Source of the DNA: Ophelia neglecta
Lineage: Eukaryota
Assembly (NCBI GenBank): GCA_965285935.1
Contig: OZ260661.1
Coordinates: 33,728,001 to 33,792,000, forward strand
Direction of reading: 5' to 3'
DNA length: 64,000 nt
In this document: positions 13,401 through 27,339 of the stretch, in pieces
Layout of the letters: every line of letters starts with the position of its first letter
Numbering within the stretch: position 1 is the first letter of the stretch
The notes under the pieces: model-generated
The model's input: only the letters and a program-made list of their open reading frames with translations
Databases searched by the model: none
What the model was told of the DNA's origin: nothing
Made by a program: the position numbers and the translations under genes

Positions 13401-15639
13401 ATGATACGATTACTTAGATATTGGCGCCGTTCCCCTCAAAACATTTCTTCCCAGAGAACTTTGTTACCAAGTCATTCGAAAGTTATTCAGTGTGAAATAT
13501 TAAATTTTGTTTCAGGTCAACCTTATCTTGTCTATAGTCATGGTCAGGAGCACTGTAGAAGCAATAAAATTTAGCAATTGGTTGGCGCCCGTTACATTGG
13601 TGGGTGCTAGGCAAACAACCCTTAATGAACCTCACTCTGCGAAATGCACTTAATTATTTTTGCGCTCAATTGCTTTTCAGGCTTGAGCAGAAAATTCTTT
13701 ATTAGCAGCATATAACTTGAATGGTAGGTCATGGGTACAATTGAGAAAAATCGTCCTTCATTAAAGATTGTTATGAGTTTCCTCTAGTCCCCTAGTCCTT
13801 GCGAATCATTTCCAAATTACACTAAAGCCATATATCATAATGAAAGCGCCTATTTGCTTTCTGTATCTAATTTAAACATATTAAATGTGTGCTCCCTCTG
13901 CGAGATGGAACAGGTGATGATGCGTGAGATATTTTTTTATAGAAATTTATCATTCATAATGATTGTTAGCGCGGCTGTGATGAAGAAAAAAAGAACAACT
14001 CATTTGTAGTTTCTGCACTAGAAAACCATAAGGTGTTCTTATTCAAGGTCAGTTGAAGTATGTTATGGTATCATATATACTCTACGTTTCAAAGACTAAT
14101 GTTTATTTTACTGTCAGTTTGTTACACCTGTCTTCAAGTCATGGCTGAGAGGTGAATCACATTTACCATCTTCATATCATCTGCTCTCCTTCAATCAGTT
14201 GTCTCACAGCTGTATCCTAGATTCTACTTTAGCAGCGTATTGAGTATTTTGCTCTACAGCGACGCCGACCTACTTGATAGACGATAAATAACTAGACAGT
14301 ATAGGTGCAAGTGTCTGTGCAGTTTTGCACAGCATCAATACTCAAGGACAGCCTCCGTGGCATCCAAGCACTCAAATCGTGCGTGTGCAATGTAGATGAT
14401 AAACAAATTCAACCATGCAAGATAAACATGCATCATGTGTTTTTTTCGAAACTCAATTGTTTCAAACCAGTCTTAAAGCTTGTAGTAAACGTGTCATTAA
14501 TATACTCGATCTGGCATATAGATGATCTAAACAGATTAATTTACCAATCACATAGCACTTGTAGGTTTGAGTCTCTACCACATCCATCATTGCGGAACAT
14601 TAAACAAAGTGTTTCGATATGATGCTGAAAAGACATAAAACAAACGTGAAAAATCCAATATGATAACAAGAGTCACAGATGGATGTGTGGTTGCGACAGC
14701 TAGTCGTTACGATAGTAATCAGCTTCGCTATATGAGCGAATCATCAGCAGCAGGAGGGTACATTAGCGGAATGTTGTGCATTATCAACTTGCCGGTTCTT
14801 TTCGCGATCTTTTATAATGTATTCATGAGTGGTAATAAGCAGAATGCTATAAATAGGAGCTATTATACTTTTATAAACCTTGAATTAACCGTTTGTACTG
14901 GGCGCATAAACAAGACAACATATTTTTTTGATATTATCACCATGAAGCCAAGCTTGCAATTTGTGATAGGGATTTTCCATACAGCAAGCAATTATATACA
15001 ATGGTTATAAATATGAATATTTATCAGATGGCGTGCATATCAGTGCCTCGTGTGAACGTGGCACGTCTCTGTCGCAGTTTCAACATTATATAACTTAAGA
15101 CAAAATATATGAATATTTGCGTTTACTACTGTATTAAAATCCCGGATAATAATTATAAATTTGGATCGCATGAGAAGCTTGCAAAATGATTTCTCCTTGC
15201 ACAGTCGATTAACATATTGATGACTCTATAAATACTGTCCGTTTATACAAATCTATATTGAAAAGCCCACGTGCACCAGCGTCTTCATTGCTCTAAACCT
15301 TAACTAACGTTACTCATTCACTGCCTTAGGTTCTGTTTATTCTGGTGGATTTTTTGTTTTATCTTGCAATAAGTGCGAAATTGGGCGAATTCTTACAATA
15401 CAACCATACTCAGAGACAACCTTAATGAAAGACGCTCACGCAGTCGGATGTAGCACTTTTATTAATGTAACTAAATTTGTTTCGATAAACACAATAGCAA
15501 AGAATAATGTAAAAATGGCATCTCATTCTAAAACTTTAAAGGGTATACTTTCTCTTATAAGGTGGTGCAATTAAATGGTACATCCGTAAAGTGAATCTGC
15601 TAAGCTGTCAATGACTCCACTCTTCTAAATGTCTTTAAA

Positions 15640-15717
15640 ATAAAGGTCCCCACGGGTGACAAAATATCCCCAAACTAGATAAAGGTCCGCACAAGTGACA
15701 AAATATCTCCAAACTTG
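15640..15717. repeat. Tandem duplication, 2 x 39 bp
   Basis: ataaaggtccccacgggtgacaaaatatccccaaactag / ataaaggtccgcacaagtgacaaaatatctccaaacttg. Confidence 0.9.
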
Positions 15718-17347
15718 GAAGGAGTATCATGTCAAGCAGGACATATTTAAGGGCAAAGTTATGCCTTCTTGTCGGTGTTCACCACAACCATATCCAACTG
15801 ACCCGGATACCGTTTTATATGTTTTAATTCGAGCCATCAATGATGTGTTTTGTAGAGAAGCGAGCGTAAAACCAGTACTCCGCTTTTAAATTTTAGACCT
15901 TATATTTATTTATTTGGAAAATATTTTGCCGATCAATCTAAAAGTTTGGTTTTTATAATTGTATTGGGTAATTCCGTAACCTTGTATGATCTATGCATAC
16001 GAAATAGGTTATCACCAATGAAGGGAAGCATGTTATGTACAGGTGTTTTACAACTGGACATTAAGGAAAATGGCAATTATTACGGACTCTTTTATACGGT
16101 CAAAACCATCATACAAAATGACTGAAATCTGCTAGAATTACCAACTAAGAAGGGTTGCTTTAATGGTCACAAATGTTCACCTGTTTTCAGTAAGTTTGTA
16201 TTAAGAATATATGAAGTCAAAGTTCCCTTATTGATTAATGGCAAGTCGCTGCCAAGCTACATTTTTCATTATTGTAAAGTTTCTAGTTACAGGATCGTTC
16301 ATATTTATGACAGGCATAGTATTGCTGCCTTGTCATAAAAGAGATATCGTCCTATCCATCTTAATCTGCATATATAGTTCATGCTTCCTTCATACATTTG
16401 TTTGCTGTGATCCTGTGATCAATCAATTCCCTCATTTTTGGCTTCATGCTTTATGCAGTAAATACTGCAATGACATGAGTGATCTATTCCGCACATCCTA
16501 TGACTAGGTGATATTCATTTCCTTCATACTGATGTGACTGGCCTATGTAGCCACGGAAGTCTCAGATAAAAGGGGTACTGTTTCACTATATATATATATA
16601 TAATTTGTTCATTGTGTTCACACAAACAATATAATACGCTGAATTTTATACCCTTAAGTCACTTTTTAAAATTTCTTTCCCTGGTCATGGGATTTTCGAG
16701 ATAAATTCATGCATAGTCGTAATTGTGACTTTAGTACAACTTAGACTCTCCTAGAGCATATTTCATCTCCGTCCCAGGTTGTCTACCAACTAATTTGTTT
16801 TGTGCTTTGTCTGGAAATCTGTTGACGACTTTTTAATATCAGGAGTTTCAATTTGTATTGGTTATTATCTAATTTTCTTGCAGTTAGGGAACCGAGGATT
16901 GATGTTTGTTTACTTGCAGCTGCCTGTACCTGGTGACCTCGATCCGATGTAATGGATAATTCTTAATCATTAACTATTCTTTGACTGCCCATCCACTCCC
17001 ATTTTGACTATTTCTCGTCTCTTGCATAAAAAACTATTTCACATAAGCAAGCCGACAGTAGCCTTACAGGTTATTTTGGGATAAATAACCTTGTTCCATC
17101 ATTGACTTCAAACGTATCATACCGATTTGCAAGACAGGCCTTAATTCGGAACCCACTGACTCCAAATGATTTCCCTATGGGCTCTCTAATAGGACATGGG
17201 GAAACTCAGCGAATACATCTCTCTTCCATGATTGTGATAACGCCTGCTAAGTGCGTGAAAAAGTAATGTATTAAATGATAGATAATTTCCCTCGTTTTAC
17301 ACATTTATATTGCAACAATGTTTAATACATATATTGTTCCTTTGCAG

Positions 17348-18213
17348 AAGCCCTATGCAGTGCCTGCGTGATCCCGGAATGGCTGTTCAAAATTATCTTC
17401 TGGTTAGGATACTTCAACAGTATGATGAACCCGGTTATCTACGCATGCTCCAGCAGGGAGTTCCGGCGCGCCTTTCTTAGAATAATACGTTGCCAATGGA
17501 GACGGCGACCACGACAATTCCTTTACCAGCCTCCATCTTCTCAGGCAACGGTAGAAAATCGCAACGGTCTTAAAATGGGCAAGTTGGCAAGGTTGCGATC
17601 GACTTTGAAAAAAATAGCAAAGGGTAATAGGGACTTCAGCAACAACAGGAATACACCCAACCGACGAGCTGTTAGTTCACCTTCGTTCTTCTGTAGGCAA
17701 AGCCCAAATCATAGAATAAGGTCATTGGGTGAATCTCCCATTTGCTCCCTACGCCAACTTCACAGAAAAAATCGAAAAGACAAAACTGAGGTGGTGTCCG
17801 TAAGCGACGACGAATCAGCGGTCCACGAGTTGTCCGAAGATGAAAAGTCTGAAGCAGACAATGAGGTTCAAGCTTTAGTTACTCACAAGGGTCAGGATTG
17901 TGTGCAGCAACCGGAAAGCGAGGATAGTGATGAAAGTGATCTAGATAATACAGGATTGCCACATGATAGAGGTACCACATCTCTAGGGAAATTGGAACGA
18001 AAACAGTCGAAGCCGACAAAAGCTATAATTCATACTCAAGTACCTGATATCATAATTAGTGAAGTGTGTAATGATGCCATGGTCCGGGACGGCTATCCAA
18101 GTATAAGCAAGCTTCCAAAATCGACAGTCGGTGTAGGCGCGCAAACAAGAACGAAGTCTCCTAATTCTCGACCATTGTATCAGTTCGACGAGGATAATAT
18201 AATGTGGCTATAA
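17348..18213 (+). CDS. ADRA1: Terminal coding exon of an alpha1-adrenergic-like aminergic GPCR (ECL3, TM7, helix 8, ~240-aa C-tail); upstream exon(s) lie outside the window
   Basis: Acceptor 'tgttcctttgcag' ends at 17347 (phase 1). Frame reads [56 protein letters not shown] to TAA at 18211-18213. NPxxY motif present. [12 protein letters not shown], CSSxEFxRAF and RCQ+polybasic match vertebrate alpha1 receptors better than octopamine-alpha or invertebrate dopamine receptors. The GTG start in the ORF track is not a real start. Confidence 0.88.
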
Positions 18214-18376
18214 TATATAATATTATTGCATTCAGTTGAAGGCGAACGTTAGGATAACTTTATGACATTGAAGGCTTGTCTCATCTGTTTTCTATTGACG
18301 GTTCACTAGATACATAAAATTAATGATATACAGGTAATAGCTTCCCACATATTATAACTAAAAGTTCTATATAGAA

Positions 18377-18382
18377 AATAAA
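18377..18382 (+). terminator. Candidate polyadenylation signal (first AATAAA after the GPCR stop)
   Basis: AATAAA ~165 nt after the stop. More copies follow (~18418, ~18830, ~18856), so the one used cannot be determined. Confidence 0.3.
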
Positions 18383-20519
18383 TATGTTTCTAAAATGAAT
18401 TGATGGTACTTGTCCTAAATAAAATTAGTACTTTTGTTTCATTCGAATGTATAAATCATACGGTAAGAGAAAGGCAACGTATTTTTTTAGAAGTTTGATC
18501 ATAGAATATGCCGTGGAGGCCGAATAGTCATGCAATATATTTGGTAGGGAGCAAAACCCATGCTCGACAATAGTCCTTGAAATCCGTTCTATTTCATTAG
18601 GAATCCGGGGAGACTCACTGGAAAAAAAAACTTAACATACTATAAATGATGGGCACATTTGATTAATGCATAGATGGAGAACTATGTATTTGCTATACCC
18701 ATACGACACTAGCGACATTTGCTTTTGCTGAAGCCTGGTGTTGTTTTAGGGGATTTTCAGCAATGTTAGTGGAATGCCATCCTAAGACAAACGACCGCAA
18801 TTATATGGACATGTCGCCCAATACATTTAAATAAAATTTCCTATAGTTTAAGTGGAATAAATGTCTCGGGCAATACTGCTGCATAGAAACGCATACAATC
18901 GACCATAGTAAATGTTGATAACAGCGGCATTGAATGGAACACAAACGAAAAAAAAAACCGCTCATCGAGGGTTATCAACTAATGCGGTACATAATTCATC
19001 AGGGCCATATATTAACAAACGCCCCACAAAGTGTAATTCTTAGTTTGATTGTTGTAAATAGGACAGTAACACAGAAAAGTCGGATGAACAAATAAAATCT
19101 GATATCGCTTGCATTGAGAACTTGACACATATTTTCTGTGGGGTGAAGAGAACCACGAACGAGTCAGTGGACAGCGGTGGACGAAGAAGATAGGACCAGT
19201 ATTACAGTACTGTTTTCATCCTAAGTCACTTTAAACTAGTAGACACAACAAATCTCCCGGTGCCATAAACTTAATGACACTAAGAAAACACGAAAGGAAT
19301 TTGCTTCAGATAGTTGACAGGCGATGGCATAAAACCCTTTGACAAACAGCTTACCCCTTAAAATAATAACATTATTATTTTCATATTAACACTGTGTCTC
19401 TTAACCTTCGGGGTTGGCCGCAGTATTACACTCGGCTGTCGGAGTATGCTTTCTGGCGACTGAGACCAAACTGAACCAAATCGACAAGTAATCTATTTTA
19501 CTGGTTAATTGTAAGTTTTGAGGAGAAAAAAAACCGTAGCGGTTTTCCGGCAGACAGTGACAAAACATGTATCAGAAATACGTGCTTTCAGGACCATTCA
19601 ACAGTAAGTAAGACGAAAACATATTATTGCTAAAATGAAAACCGACATATTTTATAACACTGTGCTATTATTCTCAGTGACTTATCCTTTTTTTTCCACA
19701 AACCTGAATAAAACAACAACAAAGAAGACAATAACTTACCTTTAAGCAGCATTATACATTATATATAAAGATTGTTGTGCGGCAAATCACTTTTCCTACC
19801 TGTTAATTGTTTAACTAAATAAGTGTTTTGAATAAAGAAACACTTTCCGCGCTTAAAGTGCTTTAAACGATATCTAAATAACCCAATGGCCATTTATTCG
19901 AGATATTCGATAATTCAAGTGTTGTTTATCATTGATATGGGGAAGGAGCATTACCTTTGTAAAACTGTTTCAAGCCTATTTGATTTGCCATATTGAGGCA
20001 GGTATGTATAAGAACTCTTATTATTTTCATATATTGCAGGTCTCAATTTCAATAACCAACCCTAAGTGTATCCTTATGTCATGTTTTCCGTTTCCCAATA
20101 GGAACATCTAGTTATATAATCGATGGTCGAAATTATTAATAATTAATCATATAATTCATGCACGTTCATTAATCTAATTTTGATCATAAGGATTCTTGCT
20201 ACCAAAGGATTTCAAGTGTAAACTTGCCGCACTTTAGAACCAATAGACAATTACTATTACGGTCATTTTGCTCGCTTTAGCTGAATACAAGCACTTGAAA
20301 GATTGAACACACACCAACTAAGGCTAATTATGCATTGGTTTTTAATGATAAAGTTTCTAATGAGTCGTTTTTACAATTCATGCAAACTCGTGTAAAAACA
20401 CTTTTTAATTTTAAAGCTGCCATAGATATGGGCTTATCCGAAAGAAGATATTTATACTAATAGCAACTTACTATTTGGCTTATACGGGAAAAGTCTCTCT
20501 GAATTGTCAAAGCTCTCGC

Positions 20520-21900
20520 TTAGACGATTATCTTATAAAAAAAATTCGCGAGGAGGTTCTGCATTCACTGGGAAAGAATATACGGTGTGAAGGTCCAGCA
20601 ATGATGTGTGGTAAGAGATAAGATATTCACCATTAGCCCAACTAAAGAAATGATACACCCACGACCAGATCACAAGAATAGCGATTGGATTTCACTTATG
20701 CATAAAGGTAGCCGGATGCCTAAGGCAGTGCTCTTTTTGAATCGAGATGATGCATGTGCAATCTTCCGAATATTCGTCCCAAAATGCCACTTAAGAGGTC
20801 AAAAGAGATATTTCGCTGTCGTACATTAAGATTGGTCTGATGACTGAGACATAAACAGAAATGGAAGTATCTAATACCAATGTGCCTTGTGAGTTCATGT
20901 GCTGTCCCATTGACAAATCCATTTCATGGCCGTTTTTTTGACAGATTAAAGGCCATGTTTTCTAAACGTTGTGTTTTCTGGGGTTTTTTTCATGATACAA
21001 CGGCTTACATGTTCAAATTTATGTTCGATACATTGAATCTACTATGCCCATGGCAGTTAAGAATACATTTTGAAATAGTGATTGGTACTTCTTCAGTAAA
21101 CTTGCTGAAGTACTCTTTCACCATATATCTCAAGCCCGTTGAGTTTTCCAGGATGCTCGTCCGAGCACATTAATAAAGTTATCTTTCCAATGTCTATTCG
21201 CTACCCATATTCGTAAACACCGAAAAGCGCTTAACAACTGAATGTTAGTAATGGGAGATGATAGGGGCGTTTCCGGTAACTATGTATGCTGCCTGCGGTG
21301 ACTGTCAGCGAAATAATATTTGAGTCCCGTTAGGTTAGTGTGCCAAATATGGCTATGCTTAGGCTGGCAGTTGTCCTGGGTATTACACCTCCCATTTTGA
21401 TGGCCTTCTGTTTAAATAAAAGTCCAAGTGCGAATATTGATATTGGATATATGATAAAACGCATGGTATGTGAAAACATCATTCCTGACCTAATATATGG
21501 AAATAAAATAATTATAATGTAATTAGAACAGAGCTTCATTGATCACATATGTCCAGAACTAACATTACTTGCCTTATTCTTCAAGATATCATGCTTATTG
21601 CTGGAACTATTTCCTTTGTCTCGTTTACAGCCGATTCAGTTCTTACATAGCTAAATATATTTTTTCCAGACGAGGATTTACAAGTGACGCCAATGGATAA
21701 TTGTTCAAGGTCTAGGAGACGCCAGACTGTACTTTGGCGCCATCGCCAAAATGCAGAAGATTGTCTTGTAGAATCTATTGTATCCGCCTTTGGGACCAAA
21801 GGTATCCACAAGCCGGTGTGAAGTTTTTCGCACGGACGCGGGAAAATCAATCTGTTCCATATTTCCGACCCCCCTGATTGCCATTGAACTATTAGCCTTA
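20520..21900 (-). mobile_element. Very old L2-like LINE relic (endonuclease to RT N-terminus)
   Basis: Fragmentary motifs in order on the minus strand: LVDTFG, LLDL, EYFSK, ISLLT, SLLDLHTVF (cf. LLDLSAAFDT). Confidence 0.3.
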
Positions 21901-22636
21901 AGTTAGGGCAGTGAAGGGCCGTGCCTTTGTTATACAGTAATAAAAGTCCCCAATAGAGTATATTTCAGGGAAAACAATATGGCCATATTAGTCGTGCGTT
22001 TATCATCAACTTGTTTCATAGAATTGCCTACAACGGTTAGATATTGCAGAATGTTCATATTTCGTTATGTTCGAACAAAATCCCACACAGAATTAGTTTA
22101 TCGAAGTACCGGGCTTTGATTAAAAATGAAAATGTGGAGACTATGCGAAGGTGAAAACTGCGATTAGCACACAAAACTAGAATTGAATATCAAGTTTTCT
22201 ATGCCGCCGCTTTGAAATGACAACAGAATGATTAAGGTAACGATACTCACAGTACTTAAAACTTACTAATAACACGCTGTTATATCACCACCTATGTATA
22301 TCGTTCATTTATTTAAGCAGGAAATAATTATTATTTGTGGGAATATAGCCACCAACAGGTCTGTTTTAAATAATTCCTGTGACGCAGCAAGGCAGTGAAT
22401 GTTTCGAATAATTGATTTTTGGCCTTACTGCTTGTCTTTCACTCTTATTGAGGAAAAAGCCTATGTTGTATAATGATACATTAGTAGACTGGAATTATGG
22501 CATTTAACCTATCAAATAAACAAAAACATAAACTTAATCAGCATAGCCGATTAATTTCGCCATTGATCAGTACCCGCCTTTCCGGAGGCAGACATTCGTA
22601 GTAATTACGATTGGCCAACCTGGACGTTTCCACGGC

Positions 22637-22678
22637 AGATGATAGTAAAGACAATGAAGATGACAGTAAAGACAATGA
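22637..22678. repeat. Tandem duplication, 2 x 21 bp
   Basis: agatgatagtaaagacaatga / agatgacagtaaagacaatga. Confidence 0.85.
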
Positions 22679-24950
22679 ATGCAGGCAATAGTCGGACTAA
22701 AAATACACGTTAAAGAAAGTAATCTTGTCGAATGTCCACTGGGTTTCGCTGGTGACTATTCGCTCGGTTGTACTTACGATGGGCTAGTCATCACATAACA
22801 AAAGCAAATGCATCACCTTTGCACCCAGGAGAGCTTGATGCCTTTGATATGGATGGCACCATTTTGCTGTGTGATTTCTTTCAGTAAGACCGGATGAATC
22901 ATAATGACTGCAACCAACACTTGCCTCACGTTATATTTCTTACTGCTATTCCACACAACAATGCCAGAAATTTGACAATAAACCGAGAATCATGCTAAAG
23001 CTTGGCAATTGGCTATTCATTTATCTACGGATGTCAGATGAGTGGAATCTTATGGGTTTAATTCATGGTACATATCACTGAACAACTGAAGTCTGCTGCT
23101 TGATGTAAAATAGAACCCATATAATAGAATGATAGACATAATGAATCATTTTCTTATTTTGCTCTGATATGATAGACGAGGCATAATCATCGAATGTTTA
23201 TCGATATTTTGTTTTGAGTTATCTCCAGTTAACACACACTTCTCACAAAGATGACAATCGAAGAGATACATGCAAATATAAATATGCCTGTGATGTGTGT
23301 CCTGCTAGTTGATATATGGTTATTATTCTTCTAAGACAAAGGTAGTATAAAATGAATAGGGGTATGTAGTCAGGAATTTGTTCACACACCAATATACTTT
23401 GTGAAGAAAAACATGTTCAAACTTTTATTTGATTTTTATTTGATTTGATTTTGCAATATTGACTTTATCACGCGAGAAAATATCAATACCTTACATGACA
23501 AAAAAAGATGGAATGAAACGTACACTTATATCGCATGTATATGTTCAGGCCTCGGAAGAACATTACATTGGTTAGATAAAATAATACGAAAAAAAATACC
23601 CAGTGCTTCTTGCATGGTTATTATTTGGCTGTCCAACACGATAGGTGTCGATTGTGAATAGGAAGGCAAGGGATGATTTCATTTGGGGAAATGTCACTTA
23701 ATTATTCTTTGCGAGTAGACACGCGATTTCGTTAGACGGCTAAATACTATTCATTCAATTTTATTCCTATCTTCAGAGTGCTACATTATGTCGTTAGAAG
23801 TTTGAAACTGATCGATGTAGGACACATTTGGGGCTATTCAATTTCAAATGGGGGTTGGAGAAACGGCGTAATATCAGATTAATTTATTCTCTCTCGCATC
23901 ACGTTAATCAATTAATACTTTGAAAAACAGGAACAGAAGGGAGGGGGCAACGAACGGTTGAATGGGGACTTTATAATTATACTAGTGTAGGCAACCTACA
24001 TGGTGTTTGTGTATGCAAAAATTCCAATACATTGCCCTGGCAATCAAAAAGTGTCAAAAACAACTCACGTCAAGGCTCGGTGAAATGGATTTTTCAGATT
24101 TCTAATATTTTTATTTTTGGGCTGTGATAATGATCAAGGTTAAGGTAAATCGTGGAGATCCATTTAAAGGATTATTTGTTTTCTTAAGTATGCCTGTGCA
24201 ACAGCTTCTATCAACATTGGTTACGTTTGCTGTTTACTGGTCTCTTGCCCTTCTGTAATACAGAGTCTTTCATCTGACGGCCAAGAGCAGCTCAAGCCCA
24301 TTACCTTAATAGGAAAGTGAGGGTAAGGTGACATTCAAGCTTCTAATGTCAATGGACGTGCCGATGGGCAATACGGCCCGTCTTCTGGCATGATGGCGCT
24401 GCTTCCAAGTCGGAGATAATAAACACGCAGTGACAGATGAACAGTCATTTGAGGTAAGTAATCCCGGCCTTTCCGGTCAAGATGGATTCAGCCTCAGGCA
24501 TATTTTAGCAAAAGGCGTGACCAACTGGTTGCTAACCAAACTGTGTCAACTGCAATTAAGCTTTTAAGGAAGTCGGCAATACCTTCCCTCCAAAATCCCA
24601 ATTGGTAGCTAGGATCTCTGTTGCAAAGAGTGAAATGAAAGTAAAACTTATTCTACAATTCATAATATTAGGCCTGGCTCAGTGCAAACGTATCCTCCCA
24701 TGACCGGACCTGGTCGCCCCTTGGAAAGGTGGTTGCTCCAACGCTACATAGTCTGCACGATGCGCCTAGATGTGGCTGCTTACGGTGAGAATGGGTCTGG
24801 GTCCTTGGTTTGTGTGTGATTAATAGCCTTCGATCATTGTGTGTATATAGATTTCGGTATATATGTAGCGGGCATGGGTGCTCTTGAAATGCCATGTAGT
24901 TTTCATTGAAATATGAACAGTGTGACAAATGATAATGTGTTTTAAATAAA

Positions 24951-24977
24951 TATTATTATTATTATTATTATTATTAT

Positions 24978-25024
<47 letters not shown>

Positions 25025-25032
25025 ATAATAAT
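24951..25032. repeat. Compound microsatellite (ATT)n(AGT)n(AAT)n
   Basis: Directly visible trinucleotide arrays following AATAAA; may be a retroposon tail. Confidence 0.95.
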
Positions 25033-27339
25033 ATTATAGAATATGTTGACTATGAGAGTCTATGTTGATATACGCTCTCTCGAAATTGAGGTCCAAAAAT
25101 GGCAAAACTACTTTCATACTGAAGGGGAAAGTGGCTGCTGGTTCCGACCGATATTGTCGGCCGTATTTTATGGACTATAATTCACTAATTGTTTGGCTCT
25201 ATCGGCCGAGTATTCACTCCCGTTTTCTCGATCGTGTCATGAGGTAAACACGCCGTCAGTAATTGCAAGTGTTTGCTTTATACGTTGGTTGTGTTAAACG
25301 TATACGTTGAAGATATGAACAAAAACGGTTTTAAAACTGTGCAAAATAAATGTTTTTACCAAAATGTCTTTAAGGCACATCACATTAATAAATGTTCTCT
25401 ATACTGCCAAACAATGTTCATCGTCTTGGTTATTTTTCGGTTCCTAAAGGGCCGGTAGATGTACAAAGGAAATACAAAGGAAATCGTCTTTACTGACAAA
25501 TTTAAGCCCGATTTCAATTGTTTGGTTTCTGAAATAATGTTTATAGTTTAATGTAGAACTATTTTTCCAGTTGATATTAATATTGTGTAAATATTCCGTC
25601 TTTCAAGACATGCCATCTATTTTGTTTTCCCATAATCAATATGTTAATCCTTTATGCGCCACTATGACTGCCGGCGTGCGTGTACTTCCAGCTATTTTAA
25701 TTAATGATATGCTGGCAGCCGTGAAAATCTTCCTCCGACTATATCCAGAGAAACCATGAGTCTCTGATTGTTTATTGTTGTGTTAGTGTTGTATTGTGGC
25801 ATCTGAAGCCAAAATACGCGTGTCCGCGAATGCCAGACCTGTATGGCTCATATCCTTTGTGTTATATAGGTGGATGTTGATAAGTTGTCGAAACTAGAAC
25901 CGAGAAACAAAAATGAAGTCTTATCGGCAACCGCTACACTTTAGTGAAAAGAAGTTTATCACCAAAGCAACTAACAAACTTTACTTAAATACAACTTATT
26001 GTTTCCTACATATATTTGTTATGAGAACTGAAATGAAGGAAATGAATTACGTTTTGTGTATAGGGCAACCTCCTTTTTCTGCATTCATTTGTACCAAGCC
26101 AAAATATCGCTTAGGATTTATATTTGCGGCTAGGCATTTTTTTGGCGAATCATGTGGTGATATCATCACTTTTAATTTTGCTTCAAGGTGACAAGAGGTA
26201 TTAAAGGAAAGAGTTGTACTACATTTGGGCAAATCATAACTCCCTAATACATATAATTTTGCCGCGGAATGAGGCCTTCATGATTTATTGATTGCAAAAT
26301 TGGATTAGATGAGTGCATTATTCATTGCCTTTAGGAGACAGGGTACTTAATGCACAGATCAATGGTGGTTACTGAAGGAAAATAACAACATTATGTAGAG
26401 GTATTACTGTGATAAATGTCCTTCGTTAAGGGAAGTGCTCTACGACCTTCACCTACAAATAAAGCCCGGGGATGCTCAAATTAAGTTATATGGGTCGAAA
26501 ATGCATATTAACCATATGAAAGCAACTGGCAATAGTGTCTTGGTGTCTAAGACTGAGTGCATTTACTATTTACTTTAACAATAACTACTTTTACTTATCA
26601 GATAAGCATATCGTTAAACATTGGATTATAAGGATCAAATATTTACCGTATCCGATTGATTGATAAAGCATTAAATATTACAAAAAATGCTAGCAATTCT
26701 CTGTCGATTTTATCAGTAAATCCAGCTACGAAAAACTTAGGACTGCACACTTTGTGTGCATATATGTCTTCTTACTCGAAGCTGCACGAACTAGAGTTAA
26801 TAGAAGTTGCCTGTCAGAAGCAGTGTGTCATTAATGGGGTTATGTCTGGGACGTTGAGATTAATCGCATGGTTACTGACAGTAGACAAGCAGACGTGTGG
26901 CGCCAAGCCCACGCACTGCCAGTCTGAAGCAAATGTCAACAGTTTTATGCCTTACTGTACCTATCCAATTCTGTGCACTCTGCACGCTGGGGCTAGTGTC
27001 ATTTAGGCCTCGAGGCCTGATGGAATCGATAGTCTAAGTAGGAATTTAAGAAACACTTCTATCGTATAAATGTATTTCAAAATAAGGCAATGCATACAGA
27101 TACTGAATCATATACATTTATATATATATGGGCTATAAAAATAGACCATCCAACTTTAACCAAACGAGCCAAGTTGAGTACGATTTATAACAAATTTTTT
27201 AAAATGTTTGATAACGTGCTTCAGAAGCAACTGCCAGTGATAGGGTGCATACTCAGGAAACAACATGCGCATTGACTGTGCTATAACAGTAACCGGTTTG
27301 AACAAACTGGGCATACATTTGACTGTCAAAGCGTGCTCG

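Larger units (their letters stand above)
1..17347 (+). other. 3' portion of a large intron (>17 kb) of the GPCR gene
   Basis: No TM1-TM6 coding exon is visible upstream in any frame. The region ends in a pyrimidine tract plus CAG immediately before the TM7 exon. Confidence 0.7.

Noticed and set aside
13583-13592. TGGCGCCCG as a possible tRNA primer-binding site
   Set aside because: No adjacent LTR or gag/pol remnants.
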